A stretch of DNA of 6,991 bases from Breznakia blatticola (GTDB lineage Bacteria > Bacillota_I > Bacilli_A > Erysipelotrichales > Erysipelotrichaceae), in the NCBI RefSeq assembly GCF_004365815.1, contig NZ_SODD01000068.1, positions 1 through 6,991 on the forward strand, read 5' to 3'. Each line of letters starts with the position of its first letter. The stretch's first letter is position 1. Shown here in pieces: positions 6,926 to 6,991 of this stretch. The translations under genes were made by a program, and so were the position numbers. The notes below the pieces were generated by a model. It worked only from the letters and a program-made list of their open reading frames with translations, was not told the DNA's origin and ran no database searches.

Positions 6926-6991
6926 GCACCTAAAAGTTAAAAGTTTGTGCACTAAAAAGTAGGAAAATAGAATGATAAATATTGATTTATC

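Noticed and set aside
6919-6991. Plus-strand TTGACA (6919-6924) and a possible gene start, ATG at 6972 preceded by AGGA
   Set aside because: There is no acceptable -10 at the proper spacing, and only about 20 nt of ORF (MINIDL...) lie in the window. That is insufficient to call a gene.

Overview
AT-rich (about one-third G+C by eye) chromosomal segment that looks like a low-GC Gram-positive (Bacillota) genome; the taxon is a guess. There are four transcription units. (1) A plus-strand three-gene operon: Mg2+ channel mgtE (129-1481), a 480-aa LRR-only internalin-type protein with no signal peptide or anchor (1500-2942), and a 63-aa protein with an apparent cysteine-less HMA/ferredoxin-like pattern (2957-3148). 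It ends at an intrinsic terminator (3131-3165). (2) A convergent minus-strand RpiR/MurR-family regulator (3176-4006 or 4018). (3) Divergent from that regulator, a NagB-fold sugar-phosphate deaminase/isomerase homolog (4216-4956) with its own terminator, then a separately promoted PTS EIIBC permease of the sucrose/beta-glucoside/MurNAc type (5177-6604). (4) A minus-strand tRNA-Ser(GCU)-tRNA-Gly(GCC) operon (6778-6868, 6687-6760) with a near-consensus extended -10 promoter and a terminator shared with the PTS gene. I see no CRISPR array, transposase, integrase, toxin-antitoxin pair or recognisable defence gene. Two things deserve a second look. First, the mgtE-linked leaderless LRR protein and its small partner: the LRR ORF is in frame with mgtE across a single stop codon. 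Second, a 15-bp motif TGTAAA-N3-TTTNCA occurs four times, as two pairs spaced 41-42 bp, only in the two promoter regions of the sugar locus. I propose it is the RpiR operator. None of this is proven to be a new system; the functional ideas are inference from sequence only.
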